Positions 1-10,022 of a stretch of 64,000 nucleotides of DNA are shown in pieces. Made by a program: the position numbers and the translations under genes. This DNA comes from Candidatus Uhrbacteria bacterium. Its GTDB lineage: Bacteria; Patescibacteriota; Patescibacteriia; JACQRZ01. The DNA lies in the NCBI GenBank assembly GCA_016206155.1, contig JACQSC010000004.1, positions 217,910 through 281,909 on the forward strand, in the 5' to 3' direction. The notes under the pieces were generated by a model. The model did no database searches and was not told the DNA's origin. It worked only from the letters and a program-made list of their open reading frames with translations. Each line of letters starts with the position of its first letter. Position 1 is the first letter of the stretch.

Positions 1-2380
1 CAAGGAGGAGAGCAGAGTGAGCAAGACACCCGTCGGGGTGCAGAAGTGGGGCGGGGTTTACACGAATAACTGTTGGGTTTTGATCCTTATCAACCCTGAT
101 TTTAATATGCGCATAATCCCGACATTCTAATATATTGTACGCATCAAGAGCAATTTCGGTAATCAATGATTCAAGCTTTTTTGGAATGTTTTTCGGCGGT
201 CGATGAATAATCGTAGGAGTATCATCAATGCGTTCCGGCGTATTCATCGTGTGAGAATAAAGAGGCCATGGAACCTCAGGGTGCGGAGAAAAGATGATGC
301 GCGTGAGCGGGAGGACGCGTGCGTCTGTGTCGTTACCAAGAATGATAACATGATATTCATCCCCATCAATGTATTCTTCAATACATACAGGCAGCTCTTG
401 AGCGACAATGGCGGCAATAGCGCTTTTTAGCGTTTCGGGATCAGAGACGACCGCGGGGGAAACAGGGTCGCGCGTGTCATCGTGAAGCGCGGGTTTTACG
501 ACAAGGGGAAAATGAAGATCTTCGTTGATCGGGTCGGCGTCGGTGTAGGCGTAATCCCATCGTGGAGTTGGAATTCCATGGTAGTTCAGGAGTTTTTTTG
601 TATGAATGGCATCGGCGCAGACACCAAGCGCAAGGGGGTCTGGCCCCGCGTATGGTATGTCTAGCATATCGAGAAGGGCTGCGGTATGGAGTTCCAGCGA
701 GCGCGATTGAGCGATGCGCGCGCGGACATTAAGAATGAGGTTCACGTCGCTGGCAAGGAGGGCTGAGCATGTTGTCTGAAGTGTTGAACAGTCAAACATG
801 CGCACGGTATATCCGCGTCGTGAGAGCGTTTCTTCAAGCGCATGAGCGGTTGGTGAGAGCTCTTGGTTTGAGGCGCCGAGAAGTTCGTTTGGTGTATTAT
901 GCAGTATGCCGATCTGTACATTGTGAATATCTTCACGGGAAAGCCGCTTCATGGTCTCTCTTTTTGCGGCCCGAAGGAGCAAGTCTTTGGTAATGGAGGC
1001 AGCGGCAAATCGTGTTTTTCGCGACGTGCGGCCAATCGCGGAGTCGCGATTGAATTTTGCCACCTCGTAGTGCACTTGTTTCATGATTGCGGAAAGATTG
1101 TCTTGAGCGTCAATTGGATTGTCGCCAGAAACGGTTATCCAGCCCAGATATTCATATCCTTCAGGTGGAACAAGCACCGGATCGCCAACTTTCTTGTACA
1201 GAGCGAGATCTTCCACGCGCAAATCTTTTTTTATGGTGTCGCTGATATCAAGACGCGAGAGAATGCCCGATTCTTCCGAGAGAAAATAGCGACCTACCAT
1301 ATATCTATGAGGCCGGCCAAGACTTGGAATTGATTTGATATACATTCCGCAGGCAATTTTTGCCGCCTGCTCAATGAGGTCAACCCCCCACACACCCTTG
1401 ACGTAGGAATAGACCTGATCGCCACCCATGCGAAGATTAATCTCAATTGGTACGGGACCGCTCCGCGTTGATTTTGCCTCAAAGTGAACACACCCATTTT
1501 GTATGCCGAGTTTTTCGAGCGTCTCCTCCGCACATTCAATAAGCGCGCGCTGATCGAGTGGTGGGAGGCTGGAGGGAATGGCATCGCCGGTTTCAACAAA
1601 GAACGGCTCTCGTGTTTGAAAGTTGTCCGTCAGAGAATAAAATTTTATCTTTCCGTTTTGAAGAAGGATATCTATGTCAACTTCCTCTCCGTCAATGTAT
1701 TCCTCAACAAGGATATCAAGACCATTTGAGAGCGCCGACTCGGTTTCCGCCGATATGTTTTTCCGTATGTAGTCATAGGTTGTTATAAGTTCGTCGGGTG
1801 TTTGCACCTTGATGACATAGGCGCTGCTTGCGCCATATACCGGTTTTATGACAAGCGGAAAAGAACATTGCTCAATGGCGGCGGCGCAGTCGTCGCGAGA
1901 CTTAAGGAGGAGGTGGTGCGGCGCGCGAATGCCGTGTTCCCCGCAGAATTTTCTGAATAAAAATTTATTTCGGATTTTTTGCGCTACGGAAAACGGGATG
2001 CCAATGAAGTTAAACGCATCGATGATCTTTGACGTTAACAGCACATCATCCTCCCAGAACGTCAGCACCCCGTCAATTTTTCCATTGGATCCATCCTTGA
2101 TAAAGTCACGAATTGCATGTATTGATTCCTTCGCGTTTGTTGTGTCGGCGAGGATCCAGTGGTCCGCATAGCTTTGCGCCCAATTTTTTTCCTTATTCAG
2201 GACAATAATACACACCCCCAATTTTTTGAGCTGTTGCAGAACAATACGTTTTTTTATTGAGCCGGTGTTTACAAGGAGGATTGTCTTCCCAGGAAGTCCA
2301 GCCCCGTTAGACGGTTTGTTTTCCACATGAGAGATATGAACGATGCACCCCAGAGAGAGTTGACAGAAGTGGGTACACAT
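1..2380 (-). CDS. Tandem ATP-grasp protein (N-terminal L-amino-acid/carnosine-synthase-like ligase plus C-terminal D-Ala-D-Ala-ligase-like domain), partial: runs off the window edge
   Basis: Absent from the ORF track because it has no stop in the window. Manual translation from ATG 2380 (or GTG 2326) gives KTILLVNTG...DGVLTFWEDDV...FPLVIKPVYGASS...VEEYIDGEE...HFEAK...IEINLRMGG, then a second domain LDIPYAGPDP...FPLVVKP...IEEYIDGDEY...CRDYAHIKIRVD...RVNPAP. Confidence 0.85.
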   Translation of the reverse strand, partial: MCTHFCQLSLGCIVHISHVENKPSNGAGLPGKTILLVNTGSIKKRIVLQQLKKLGVCIIVLNKEKNWAQSYADHWILADTTNAKESIHAIRDFIKDGSNGKIDGVLTFWEDDVLLTSKIIDAFNFIGIPFSVAQKIRNKFLFRKFCGEHGIRAPHHLLLKSRDDCAAAIEQCSFPLVIKPVYGASSAYVIKVQTPDELITTYDYIRKNISAETESALSNGLDILVEEYIDGEEVDIDILLQNGKIKFYSLTDNFQTREPFFVETGDAIPSSLPPLDQRALIECAEETLEKLGIQNGCVHFEAKSTRSGPVPIEINLRMGGDQVYSYVKGVWGVDLIEQAAKIACGMYIKSIPSLGRPHRYMVGRYFLSEESGILSRLDISDTIKKDLRVEDLALYKKVGDPVLVPPEGYEYLGWITVSGDNPIDAQDNLSAIMKQVHYEVAKFNRDSAIGRTSRKTRFAAASITKDLLLRAAKRETMKRLSREDIHNVQIGILHNTPNELLGASNQELSPTAHALEETLSRRGYTVRMFDCSTLQTTCSALLASDVNLILNVRARIAQSRSLELHTAALLDMLDIPYAGPDPLALGVCADAIHTKKLLNYHGIPTPRWDYAYTDADPINEDLHFPLVVKPALHDDTRDPVSPAVVSDPETLKSAIAAIVAQELPVCIEEYIDGDEYHVIILGNDTDARVLPLTRIIFSPHPEVPWPLYSHTMNTPERIDDTPTIIHRPPKNIPKKLESLITEIALDAYNILECRDYAHIKIRVDKDQNPTVIRVNPAPLLHPDGCLAHSALLL

Positions 2381-2426
2381 GAAAAAATTTTATCATACTG
2401 AAAAATAGTGTATAGATGCACCTCAT

Positions 2427-2852
2427 ATGAAAAAAGACATCAGAACGGATATGCTAAAAAATTTGTATTGTTCGCGGGCAGGGAAGAAGGGGCGCGGAAT
2501 CTTTACCTCGCGGCCAATTCGCACCGGCGCGGTGATAGAACGATGCGAGGTTATTTTTTTTCCTCGTCGAGAAGTCCCCGATATGCGCAGGACGCAGTTG
2601 GAATATTACTATTATTGGTGGAAATCGGGAAGCGCCGTGCTGCCGCTCGGGTTTGGCGTATTGTATAACCACTCCAAGCATCCGAACGCCGATTGGATAA
2701 ACGACTATCGTTCTCGGAGAATGATTCTTGTGGCGTTGCGCGCTATTTCAAAGGATGAAGAAATTACCGTAAACTACGGGCTTGATTCTGACGAGTTTTG
2801 GTTTTCGATCGTTGAAGACACCAAGGAAAAGAAGCGGAAGAAGCGTTCTTAG
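2427..2852 (+). CDS. SET-domain protein (lysine methyltransferase-like)
   Basis: GRGIFTSRPI at the N-terminus; YNHSKHPNA and EEITVNYG SET motifs. Confidence 0.9.
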   Translation: MKKDIRTDMLKNLYCSRAGKKGRGIFTSRPIRTGAVIERCEVIFFPRREVPDMRRTQLEYYYYWWKSGSAVLPLGFGVLYNHSKHPNADWINDYRSRRMILVALRAISKDEEITVNYGLDSDEFWFSIVEDTKEKKRKKRS

Positions 2853-4699
2853 AGGAGGCCGCGTATTTTTTTAACGATAGCCGCGCCGTTGATATGCTCG
2901 GCGGCAAGGAGTTCGTCGGGTGTACCGCTATGAGGCATTGTGCGTACGGCAAGTGAATGGACGGGTGTTTTTGTGTGAGAGAGGGCGGCTGCTACTGCTT
3001 CGCCGATGCCGCCTTCGGGGAGATGATCTTCTACGGTGATGATCGCCTTTGTTTCTCGTGCTGCTTTTTCCAATGTCTCCATGTCGAGTGGTTTTATTGA
3101 GTAGAGGTCAATGACACGCGTTGAGATTCCTTCATGTTTTAGCGTCTCGTGCGCCGCAAGCGCTTCATGGAGTGTAATGCCCGCCGCAACAATTGTTGCT
3201 CGATCGGTTGGATCTTCTCGAAGTGTCATGCTTCCGCCAATGCGGAATTGGTCATCGGTTGTATAGAGGAGGGGGGTGTCTTTGCGCGTTGTGCGAATAT
3301 AGACAAGGCCGTGAGTTCCAAGCGCGCGCTCGACAAGGCGCTCGCAGGAGATCGCATCTGACGGGTAGAGAACGACACTGTCCAAAAGCGAGCGGAACAA
3401 TCCGATATCTTCAAGGCCCATTTGCGACGCACCGTCCTCGCCGATAGAAACACCCGCATGCGATCCGCAAAACACGATGTCCGAATTGGCATATTGGCAC
3501 ATGCGAATCTGGTCATGCGCGCGGCTGAAAAATGCGGCAAACGTCGAGATGCACGGTTTTTTCCCACGGCGCGAGAGTCCAAGCGCGGCCCCAACCATGT
3601 TTTGTTCCGCGATAAACATCTCAAAGAATCGATCGGGATACGCGTTTTTAAAAAACTCCGCATACGTTGAATTACTCACCTCCGCGTCAAGTACGACCAT
3701 GGCGGGGTATTCTTGTGCAAGACGTACGAGGGCATTGCCATACGCGCGTCGCGTTGCAACAGCTTTATCAGGAGGATACAACACCGGGTCAAGTTGTGAT
3801 GTGGCTTGCTTTTTGCTTAATTCTTGATTCTTAATTCTTGATTCTTGCATCGCCGGTTCTGTAAGTGTGCCACGAATATCATAATCAATCTCACCAAGTT
3901 CTGCGAGCGCTTGTTCATATTCCTCTTGCTTCAATGCTTTTCCGTGCCAACCGTCTTTATTTTCCATGAATGAAATACCATTTCCTTTCAGGGTTTTTGC
4001 AATAATCATCGTTGGCCGATTGGATTGCAATGTATATACCTGTGTATATACATTACAAATTTCCTCTATGGAATGTCCGTCGATCACGTACGTTTTCCAA
4101 CAAAATGCCGCAATGCGTTTTTCATATGTATCACAATTGTGTTCAAGCATCGTTGGACCGCGCTGACCAAGACGATTAACATCAAGGATACCGACAAGAT
4201 TTCCAAGAGAATAGTGGGATGCCAGGGCAAGCGCTTCCCATACCGACCCCTCTGCCATTTCACTATCGCCCAAAAGGATCGTTGTGCGATACGGGAGTTT
4301 ATCGAGGTATTTTGCATTGATCGCCATGCCAACGCCGACGGAAAGTCCCTGGCCCAGTGAACCGGTTGGCGTCTCGGTGTAGGGGAAGTCCATGGTTGGA
4401 TGCCCTTCAAGGCGACTCCCCAGTTTGCGAAGACTTAAGAGTTCATCTTCCGGAATTGCTCCAGCCGCTGCCCACAGTGAATAGAAGAGTGGAGACGCGT
4501 GGCCCTTTGAAAAGATCAGCCGATCGTTGTTGTGGTAAGCCGTATCGTCCTTTTTGAACCTAAAGAATCCGCCAAAGAAAAGAGCGGCCATTAACTCAAC
4601 CGCCGACAGGCTCGATGATGGATGTCCGGATCCCGCTTCTGTCGTTGAGCGAAGAATATAATAACGAAGGAGTTTTGCCAGCTTATCTAAATCATGCAT
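2849..4699 (-). CDS. tkt: Transketolase (about 616 aa, start corrected to MHDLDK)
   Basis: GSGHPSSSLS, DRLIFSKGHA, TGSLGQG, GDSEMAEGSVWEA (TPP motif), IAEQNMVG, GEDGASQM; the upstream ORF extension overlaps gnd and a REP. Confidence 0.95.
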   Translation of the reverse strand: MHDLDKLAKLLRYYILRSTTEAGSGHPSSSLSAVELMAALFFGGFFRFKKDDTAYHNNDRLIFSKGHASPLFYSLWAAAGAIPEDELLSLRKLGSRLEGHPTMDFPYTETPTGSLGQGLSVGVGMAINAKYLDKLPYRTTILLGDSEMAEGSVWEALALASHYSLGNLVGILDVNRLGQRGPTMLEHNCDTYEKRIAAFCWKTYVIDGHSIEEICNVYTQVYTLQSNRPTMIIAKTLKGNGISFMENKDGWHGKALKQEEYEQALAELGEIDYDIRGTLTEPAMQESRIKNQELSKKQATSQLDPVLYPPDKAVATRRAYGNALVRLAQEYPAMVVLDAEVSNSTYAEFFKNAYPDRFFEMFIAEQNMVGAALGLSRRGKKPCISTFAAFFSRAHDQIRMCQYANSDIVFCGSHAGVSIGEDGASQMGLEDIGLFRSLLDSVVLYPSDAISCERLVERALGTHGLVYIRTTRKDTPLLYTTDDQFRIGGSMTLREDPTDRATIVAAGITLHEALAAHETLKHEGISTRVIDLYSIKPLDMETLEKAARETKAIITVEDHLPEGGIGEAVAAALSHTKTPVHSLAVRTMPHSGTPDELLAAEHINGAAIVKKIRGLL

Positions 4700-4738
4700 A
4701 CTTAGTGTCTGTTTATACAAAGAAGCGACACTACTCGG

Positions 4739-4790
4739 TGTCATCCCGCCGAAGGGCGGGATCTGGATTCCGGCCTGCGCCGGAATGACA
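4739..4790. repeat. REP-like double hairpin (VIPAQAGIQ-type palindrome)
   Basis: tgtcatcccgccgaagggcgggatctggattccggcctgcgccggaatgaca: two GC hairpins inside tgtcat...atgaca inverted ends, between gnd and tkt. Confidence 0.7.
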
Positions 4791-4802
4791 ACAGTAGCCG
4801 TT

Positions 4803-5717
4803 TTAGTGTCCTGGTTGTTCGTTTGGTTTGATGCTGTGTCCCCCAAACTGGTTGCGCAGCATGTTGACGACACGGCAGATATACGGAGGTTTTTCTGATG
4901 AGTGAACTCGGTATTGATACGATCCTTCAATGATTGGAACGTCAACGCCATGCCGCTTTGCCTCTTTGACCGTCCATTCTCCTTCTCCGGTGTGTCCAAT
5001 GATTGAAGCAATATCGCCAAGATCTTCACCGTATGCTTCATATCCACTCTGCGCCCATTCAACGAGGCGGGATTCGATAACGCTGCCATGATTATACAGC
5101 TTACAGACATCAATGAGATTATATTTAAAGGGCGCATTTTTGAGAAGCGCAAATCCTTCCGCAATCGCCTGCATCATGCCGTACTCAATGCCATTGTGAA
5201 TCATTTTTGCGTAATGGCCCGCACCGGCAGGACCAAGGTGGGCGTAATACCCATCATCTTTTGCAATATCTTTAATAAGCGGGAGGAGTTTTTCATAATC
5301 TTCTTTTTCTCCCCCGATCATGAGACAAGCGCCGTTGCGGGCACCGCCGGGTCCGCCGCTCACGCCGACTTCCATAAAATGGACGCCCGCCTCAGTAACT
5401 TTTTTTGCGCGGCGCAGTGTCAATTCATATTGCGAGTTTGCCGCCTCTACGATCATATCACCCGTTGAAAGAAGGGGAACAAGCTCGGCGAGCATATCGT
5501 CAATCACTGCCGAGGGAATCATGCTCCAGATCACGCGGGGAGTCTCCAGTTGTGCGACCACACCCGCATATGAATCGACGACCGTCACGCCAAGCTCGGC
5601 TGTTTTTGCGCGCGCTTCTTCACTGGGATCATAGCCAACGATTTCATGCCCCTTTTCTTTGAGGCGCGCAACCATGTTGTGTCCCATCTTGCCAAGTCCT
5701 AGATAGCCGATCTTCAT
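4803..5717 (-). CDS. gnd: 6-phosphogluconate dehydrogenase, short decarboxylating (YqeC-type) form
   Basis: GYLGLGKMG Rossmann motif, VSGGPGGA, GAGHYAKMIHNGIEYGMMQ, LRNQFGGH. Confidence 0.95.
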   Translation of the reverse strand: MKIGYLGLGKMGHNMVARLKEKGHEIVGYDPSEEARAKTAELGVTVVDSYAGVVAQLETPRVIWSMIPSAVIDDMLAELVPLLSTGDMIVEAANSQYELTLRRAKKVTEAGVHFMEVGVSGGPGGARNGACLMIGGEKEDYEKLLPLIKDIAKDDGYYAHLGPAGAGHYAKMIHNGIEYGMMQAIAEGFALLKNAPFKYNLIDVCKLYNHGSVIESRLVEWAQSGYEAYGEDLGDIASIIGHTGEGEWTVKEAKRHGVDVPIIEGSYQYRVHSSEKPPYICRVVNMLRNQFGGHSIKPNEQPGH

Positions 5718-5721
5718 ACTC

Positions 5722-5794
5722 TTACGAATTACGAATCATTACTAATATACGAATTCAAAGTAAATCATAAATCATAAATCGTCAATCGTAAATT
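5722..5794. repeat. Degenerate 7-bp tandem repeats
   Basis: ttacgaa ttacgaa ... aaatcat aaatcat aaatcgt caatcgt between zwf and gnd. Confidence 0.6.
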
Positions 5795-5797
5795 TTC

Positions 5798-7285
5798 TTA
5801 TATTTCCTCAATATGTTCTGACTCGATACGAATAGTATCGCTGTGTGGGGTGTAACTTTTCAGTGGGACACGATTTTTTTGCCATGCGCGTATGATGGGG
5901 TCTATGAATTTCCACATCGAGACAATCTCATCGGTTCGGACAAAGAGTGTTTGGTCGCCTGTGATACAGTCAAGGAGCAAACGCTCGTGCGCTTCGAGAG
6001 AACACGTATTCTTTGGTCCATCGGGGAACGAAAAACGCAACACCTGCTCTTCCATCGCATACTCAAATCCCGGTTTCTTTGCCCAGAAGTAGATAAGAAT
6101 TTCATCTTTGGGTTCCAGACGAAAGATGACACGATTTTTATAATGTTCAAGAACATTTGAAGGGCAGAGACAGGGAAAAGGATGGCGAAAGGTGATTTCA
6201 ATTTCTTTGCGCACCTCGTGCATGACCTTTCCTGATTCAAGATAGATCGGCATACCGCGCCACCGAGGCGCATCAAGGAGGGCGCGCACCTTAAAATATG
6301 TTTCCGTAACGGAGTTGCGCGCAACGCCGGGAATATCCCGATATCCATCATACTGGCCACGGAACGAATAGCGGAGAATATCTTTTTTTGTCGGACGATG
6401 AAGAGATGAAAGAAGTCGTGCGCGCGCCTCACGAATGGACCGCGCATCATAGGTACGCGGATGATCCATGGTGACGAGTGCAAGCATTTGTAAAAGATGA
6501 TTTTGTCCATAATCTTTGAGCGCGCCAATGGTATCGTAGAACCCCGCGCGTTCCTGGACACCAATTTTTTCAAGCGCGCGAACATTGATCTTTTCTATGG
6601 ATCGGGCAGTCCAGTTTTCTTCAAAGAGGTTATTTGAGAAGCGAAACGTGAGGATGTTCTGAAGCATTTCTTTTCCGAGATAGTGGTCAATGCGATATAT
6701 TTGAGTTTCTGCAAAGAGCGCGCCAAGCAGGCGGTCTAGATTTTGGGCGGTCTTCAGATTGGTGCCGAACGGTTTTTCTACAATAATACGAGTCCACCCA
6801 GCTCCAGTACTCTGGGGCTGGGCCCGCCCACCTTCATTCGCGCAGGATTTTGAAAGACCAGATTTCGCAAGATGACGAAGAATGATTTCATAGTTAAATG
6901 GGGATGCCGAGAGGTAGAACAATTTGTTTGAACACATGCCCCAGGCATCATCAATTTTTTTTAACTCATCTGCAAGGTTGTAAAAATCTCGGCTTTCAGA
7001 AAAATCACCCTGGTGGTATGAAAATAATTTGAGAAACGGACGAAGGTCTGCGCTCTTTGGTTTTCGCGAAAAGTGGCTTCGAATACTTTCGGTAAGGTGG
7101 GCGTAAAAGAAGTCTTTTGTCCACGCACGCCTCGCAAACCCGACAACGCGAAAGCGATCGGGCATCTTCTTTTTTTGAAAGAGATGAAACAGCGCGGGCG
7201 TAATTTTGAGTGATACCAGGTCGCCGGTTACGCCAAGAATAATGAGAATGGTTGGTGCTGCTCCGCGCTCGTCTGAAAACGTCAT
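5798..7285 (-). CDS. zwf: Glucose-6-phosphate 1-dehydrogenase
   Basis: GVTGDL, EKPFG, RIDHYLGKE, QNHLLQML, TETY, RWRGMPIYLESGK. Confidence 0.97.
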   Translation of the reverse strand: MTFSDERGAAPTILIILGVTGDLVSLKITPALFHLFQKKKMPDRFRVVGFARRAWTKDFFYAHLTESIRSHFSRKPKSADLRPFLKLFSYHQGDFSESRDFYNLADELKKIDDAWGMCSNKLFYLSASPFNYEIILRHLAKSGLSKSCANEGGRAQPQSTGAGWTRIIVEKPFGTNLKTAQNLDRLLGALFAETQIYRIDHYLGKEMLQNILTFRFSNNLFEENWTARSIEKINVRALEKIGVQERAGFYDTIGALKDYGQNHLLQMLALVTMDHPRTYDARSIREARARLLSSLHRPTKKDILRYSFRGQYDGYRDIPGVARNSVTETYFKVRALLDAPRWRGMPIYLESGKVMHEVRKEIEITFRHPFPCLCPSNVLEHYKNRVIFRLEPKDEILIYFWAKKPGFEYAMEEQVLRFSFPDGPKNTCSLEAHERLLLDCITGDQTLFVRTDEIVSMWKFIDPIIRAWQKNRVPLKSYTPHSDTIRIESEHIEEI

Positions 7286-7347
7286 ATGGTGATTAGTATA
7301 TCACTGTATGGACGAAAGGGGAACGGGAGGGTATAGTGAGGAAATAT

Positions 7348-8592
7348 ATGAAAGAGTTTTTTCTTTGCGCATGGCGCGACGCGCGAGAGTGTATTTATCG
7401 CGGCGGTGTGGTTGTGTATATCACACTGTTTTTTATCGCCGTTATGCTTGCCTACAGCTTACAACCCTTCGGTGAGCAGCAGTATTCGTATCTTGCGCAA
7501 TCATTTCTTCACGGCAAACTTTATTTTCTCGAAAGCCCCGGGTGGTGGGGGGATGCGGTAGCATTTGGCGGAAAATACTATTGGCCTCTTGGACCGCTGC
7601 CCGCAATACTATTAATGCCCTTTGTGCTTTTGTTTTCTTTTTTTGGCGCGTTTTTTTACCAAGGATACGCGATTTTTTTCATTACGCTTATTATTCTTCT
7701 GCTGTGGTATCGCATTGTCCAGCTCTGCGGCTTCTCCAAAGATGACGCGCGTTACGCGGCGTTTGCCTTTTGTTTTGGGTCAAGCTACCTCATGGTTGCA
7801 TTGTGGCAGCGGAGCTGGTTTTTTGCGCATGCCGCTGTGATCCTGCTGTTGTCCTGTGCACTTTTTGAGTACCTCACAAAAAGGCGCTATTGGCTTATTG
7901 GTGTATTGATGGCAGCCGTTGCCATGACGCGGATGACGGCTGGCGTCGGTATTATTTTTTTTATCATTGATATTCTATTTCTCTCTTCTGCCCAATGGTC
8001 CGACAAAAGAAGATCGCTCACAGCGCTTCTGGCACCCCTCGGTGTTGCCGGTGTGCTTTTGGCAGGGTATAACGCTGCGCGATTTGGGAGTGTATTTGAA
8101 CAGGGATATGCGTTGCAGATTCTCATGATTGACGCCATAAGGAAGGCGCGCGATTACGGACTTTTTAGCCTTATTCATGTGCCGGCAAATCTCTATTATA
8201 TGTTTCTCGCGCCGCCCCTTCCCATTATTCGCGACGCATCTACGTTTGTCCTTCGCTTTCCCTATATTGTACCCAACCCGCTGGGCATGAGCATATTTCT
8301 TGTCTCGCCCTACCTGCTTACGCTCTTTTTTCAACGATTAAAGGACAGGCTTTCATGGGCGCTGCTTGTCACGTGTGGTGTTGTGAGCGCCCCTTTGATG
8401 CTTTATTACGCAACGGGATATTTTCAATTCGGCTATCGATATTCGCTCGATTTTTTTCCATTCCTCTTTTTGCTTTTTGTCCATCAGTATCGAAAAAAGA
8501 GTAGTACCTTTTCCCGCGGCCTTCGCTTTGTCATTATCGCAAGCGCACTGGTAAACCTCTTTTTGTTCCTCGCATTAATATATACGCAATAA
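7348..8592 (+). CDS. Polytopic membrane protein, probable GT-C fold glycosyltransferase
   Basis: About 10 hydrophobic segments, GKYYWPLGPLPA, YNAARFGS, QFGYRYSLDF; first gene of an operon with two GT2 enzymes. Confidence 0.55.
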   Translation: MKEFFLCAWRDARECIYRGGVVVYITLFFIAVMLAYSLQPFGEQQYSYLAQSFLHGKLYFLESPGWWGDAVAFGGKYYWPLGPLPAILLMPFVLLFSFFGAFFYQGYAIFFITLIILLLWYRIVQLCGFSKDDARYAAFAFCFGSSYLMVALWQRSWFFAHAAVILLLSCALFEYLTKRRYWLIGVLMAAVAMTRMTAGVGIIFFIIDILFLSSAQWSDKRRSLTALLAPLGVAGVLLAGYNAARFGSVFEQGYALQILMIDAIRKARDYGLFSLIHVPANLYYMFLAPPLPIIRDASTFVLRFPYIVPNPLGMSIFLVSPYLLTLFFQRLKDRLSWALLVTCGVVSAPLMLYYATGYFQFGYRYSLDFFPFLFLLFVHQYRKKSSTFSRGLRFVIIASALVNLFLFLALIYTQ

Positions 8593-8598
8593 TTGTCT

Positions 8599-9285
8599 AT
8601 GCCGCGCGTGTCGGTTGTTATTCCGTGCCACAATGAAGAGCAATCAATCGGGAGTGTTGTTGATGGCGCGAAACTTCACGCGCAGGAAATTATTGTCGTT
8701 GATAATAATTCAACGGATGCAACATCCCGCGTGGCGGAAAGCCATGGCGCACGCGTAGTTGTTGAGGAGTCGCCGGGGTATGGTGCGGCGCTGATGAGGG
8801 GGTTTGGAGAGGCCACGGGCGATATCATTGTAACGCTTGACGGAGATGGACAATACCCGGCGGAGAACATTGGCGAGCTGGCCGATCTGCTTTTGGACAA
8901 CAGCCTTGACTTCATCACCGCGAGCCGTTTTCCGCTTGAAAACAAACACGCCATGCCGCGCGTTCGACAGCTTGGCAATGCGTTTTTAACATCCGCGGCA
9001 AATACTCTCTTTGGATTGCAGCTTCGTGATTCGCAATCCGGGATGTGGGTATTTCATCGATCGGCGCTGTCCTTCTTTCAGCTCGAAAGCAAGGGAATGG
9101 CGCTTTCGGAGGAAATAAAAATTCGCTTTTTTCTGCATCCGCGCATGAAGTGCGCGGAATATCACATTTCCTATTACGAGCGGACAGGCTCATCAAAACT
9201 TTCCATTATTTCCGATGGGCTGGGGAATCTTGGGTACCTATTTGCGTTGAGGCGAAAGCTTCGCCATAACGACACACAACCATGA
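8599..9285 (+). CDS. Glycosyltransferase family 2 (polyprenol-phosphate mannose synthase-like)
   Basis: VSVVIPCHNEE, VVDNNSTD, GYGAAL, DGDGQY, DSQSG, YYERTGSSK. Confidence 0.9.
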   Translation: MPRVSVVIPCHNEEQSIGSVVDGAKLHAQEIIVVDNNSTDATSRVAESHGARVVVEESPGYGAALMRGFGEATGDIIVTLDGDGQYPAENIGELADLLLDNSLDFITASRFPLENKHAMPRVRQLGNAFLTSAANTLFGLQLRDSQSGMWVFHRSALSFFQLESKGMALSEEIKIRFFLHPRMKCAEYHISYYERTGSSKLSIISDGLGNLGYLFALRRKLRHNDTQP

Positions 9286-10022
9286 ATCAACCCGGCGAGC
9301 GCTACGATTACGCATGCGTTTTTGTCCTCCCCGTTTTTAACGAGGCGACCATTGTTGAACAATCGGTAACCCTTCTTATGGAGGGCGCGTGTCATTCATT
9401 TGGCCCGGAAGAGCGGTGGAAGATTGTTGTTATCGACAATGGATCAACCGATGATACTCTTGCCATCGCGCACCGTTTTGCACAAGACCATAAGACCATT
9501 ACGGTACTTTCCTGTCCACGTCCTGGAAGGGGTAATGCGATAAAAAAGGCGCTGAGCACATTCCAATCGTCACAGATGTACTGCTACCTTGATATTGATA
9601 TTCCCATTGATACGCACGACATAGCACGCGTCATGGCTCCTATTGTTGAGGGGCGGGCTGACATGGTTATTCCTCGTCGCTGCGGTTCGCGGCCTCTGGT
9701 GCGGAGACTGCTCTCGCTCTGCTATCGCGCGTTGTTTTTTTCATTTTTTCATCTTCCGTATGGTGATGTGCAAGCAGGAGTAAAGGTTTTTTCCCGTCGC
9801 ATCGCGTCGTTGATTCTTGAGGCGTGTAATGAGGAGGGTTATTTTCTTGACACAGAGTGTGTTGTCATCGCGCGGAATAGAGGGTATGCCATTCAGGAGG
9901 TGCCGATTGCATGGATAGAAAAAAGATACGCCAACAGAAAAAGTAAAATATCCCCTATACGAGATTCTGTCTTGGCGCTTCGCGCATTGGCGCGAATATG
10001 GAGACGAATACACAATGTATGA
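9282..10022 (+). CDS. Glycosyltransferase family 2 (dolichyl-phosphate glucose synthase-like)
   Basis: VLPVFNEA, IDNGSTDDT, GRGNAI, YLDID, DVQAGVKVF, FLDTE, EVPIAW; ATGA overlap with the upstream gene. Confidence 0.88.
   Translation: MNQPGERYDYACVFVLPVFNEATIVEQSVTLLMEGACHSFGPEERWKIVVIDNGSTDDTLAIAHRFAQDHKTITVLSCPRPGRGNAIKKALSTFQSSQMYCYLDIDIPIDTHDIARVMAPIVEGRADMVIPRRCGSRPLVRRLLSLCYRALFFSFFHLPYGDVQAGVKVFSRRIASLILEACNEEGYFLDTECVVIARNRGYAIQEVPIAWIEKRYANRKSKISPIRDSVLALRALARIWRRIHNV

Noticed and set aside
203-2171. Numerous short plus-strand ORFs
   Set aside because: They are shadows of the long minus-strand ATP-grasp gene that the ORF track missed.
4700-5164. 155-aa N-terminal extension of transketolase in the ORF track
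   Set aside because: It overlaps gnd in another frame and runs through a REP hairpin; transketolase similarity begins at MHDLDK (4699).
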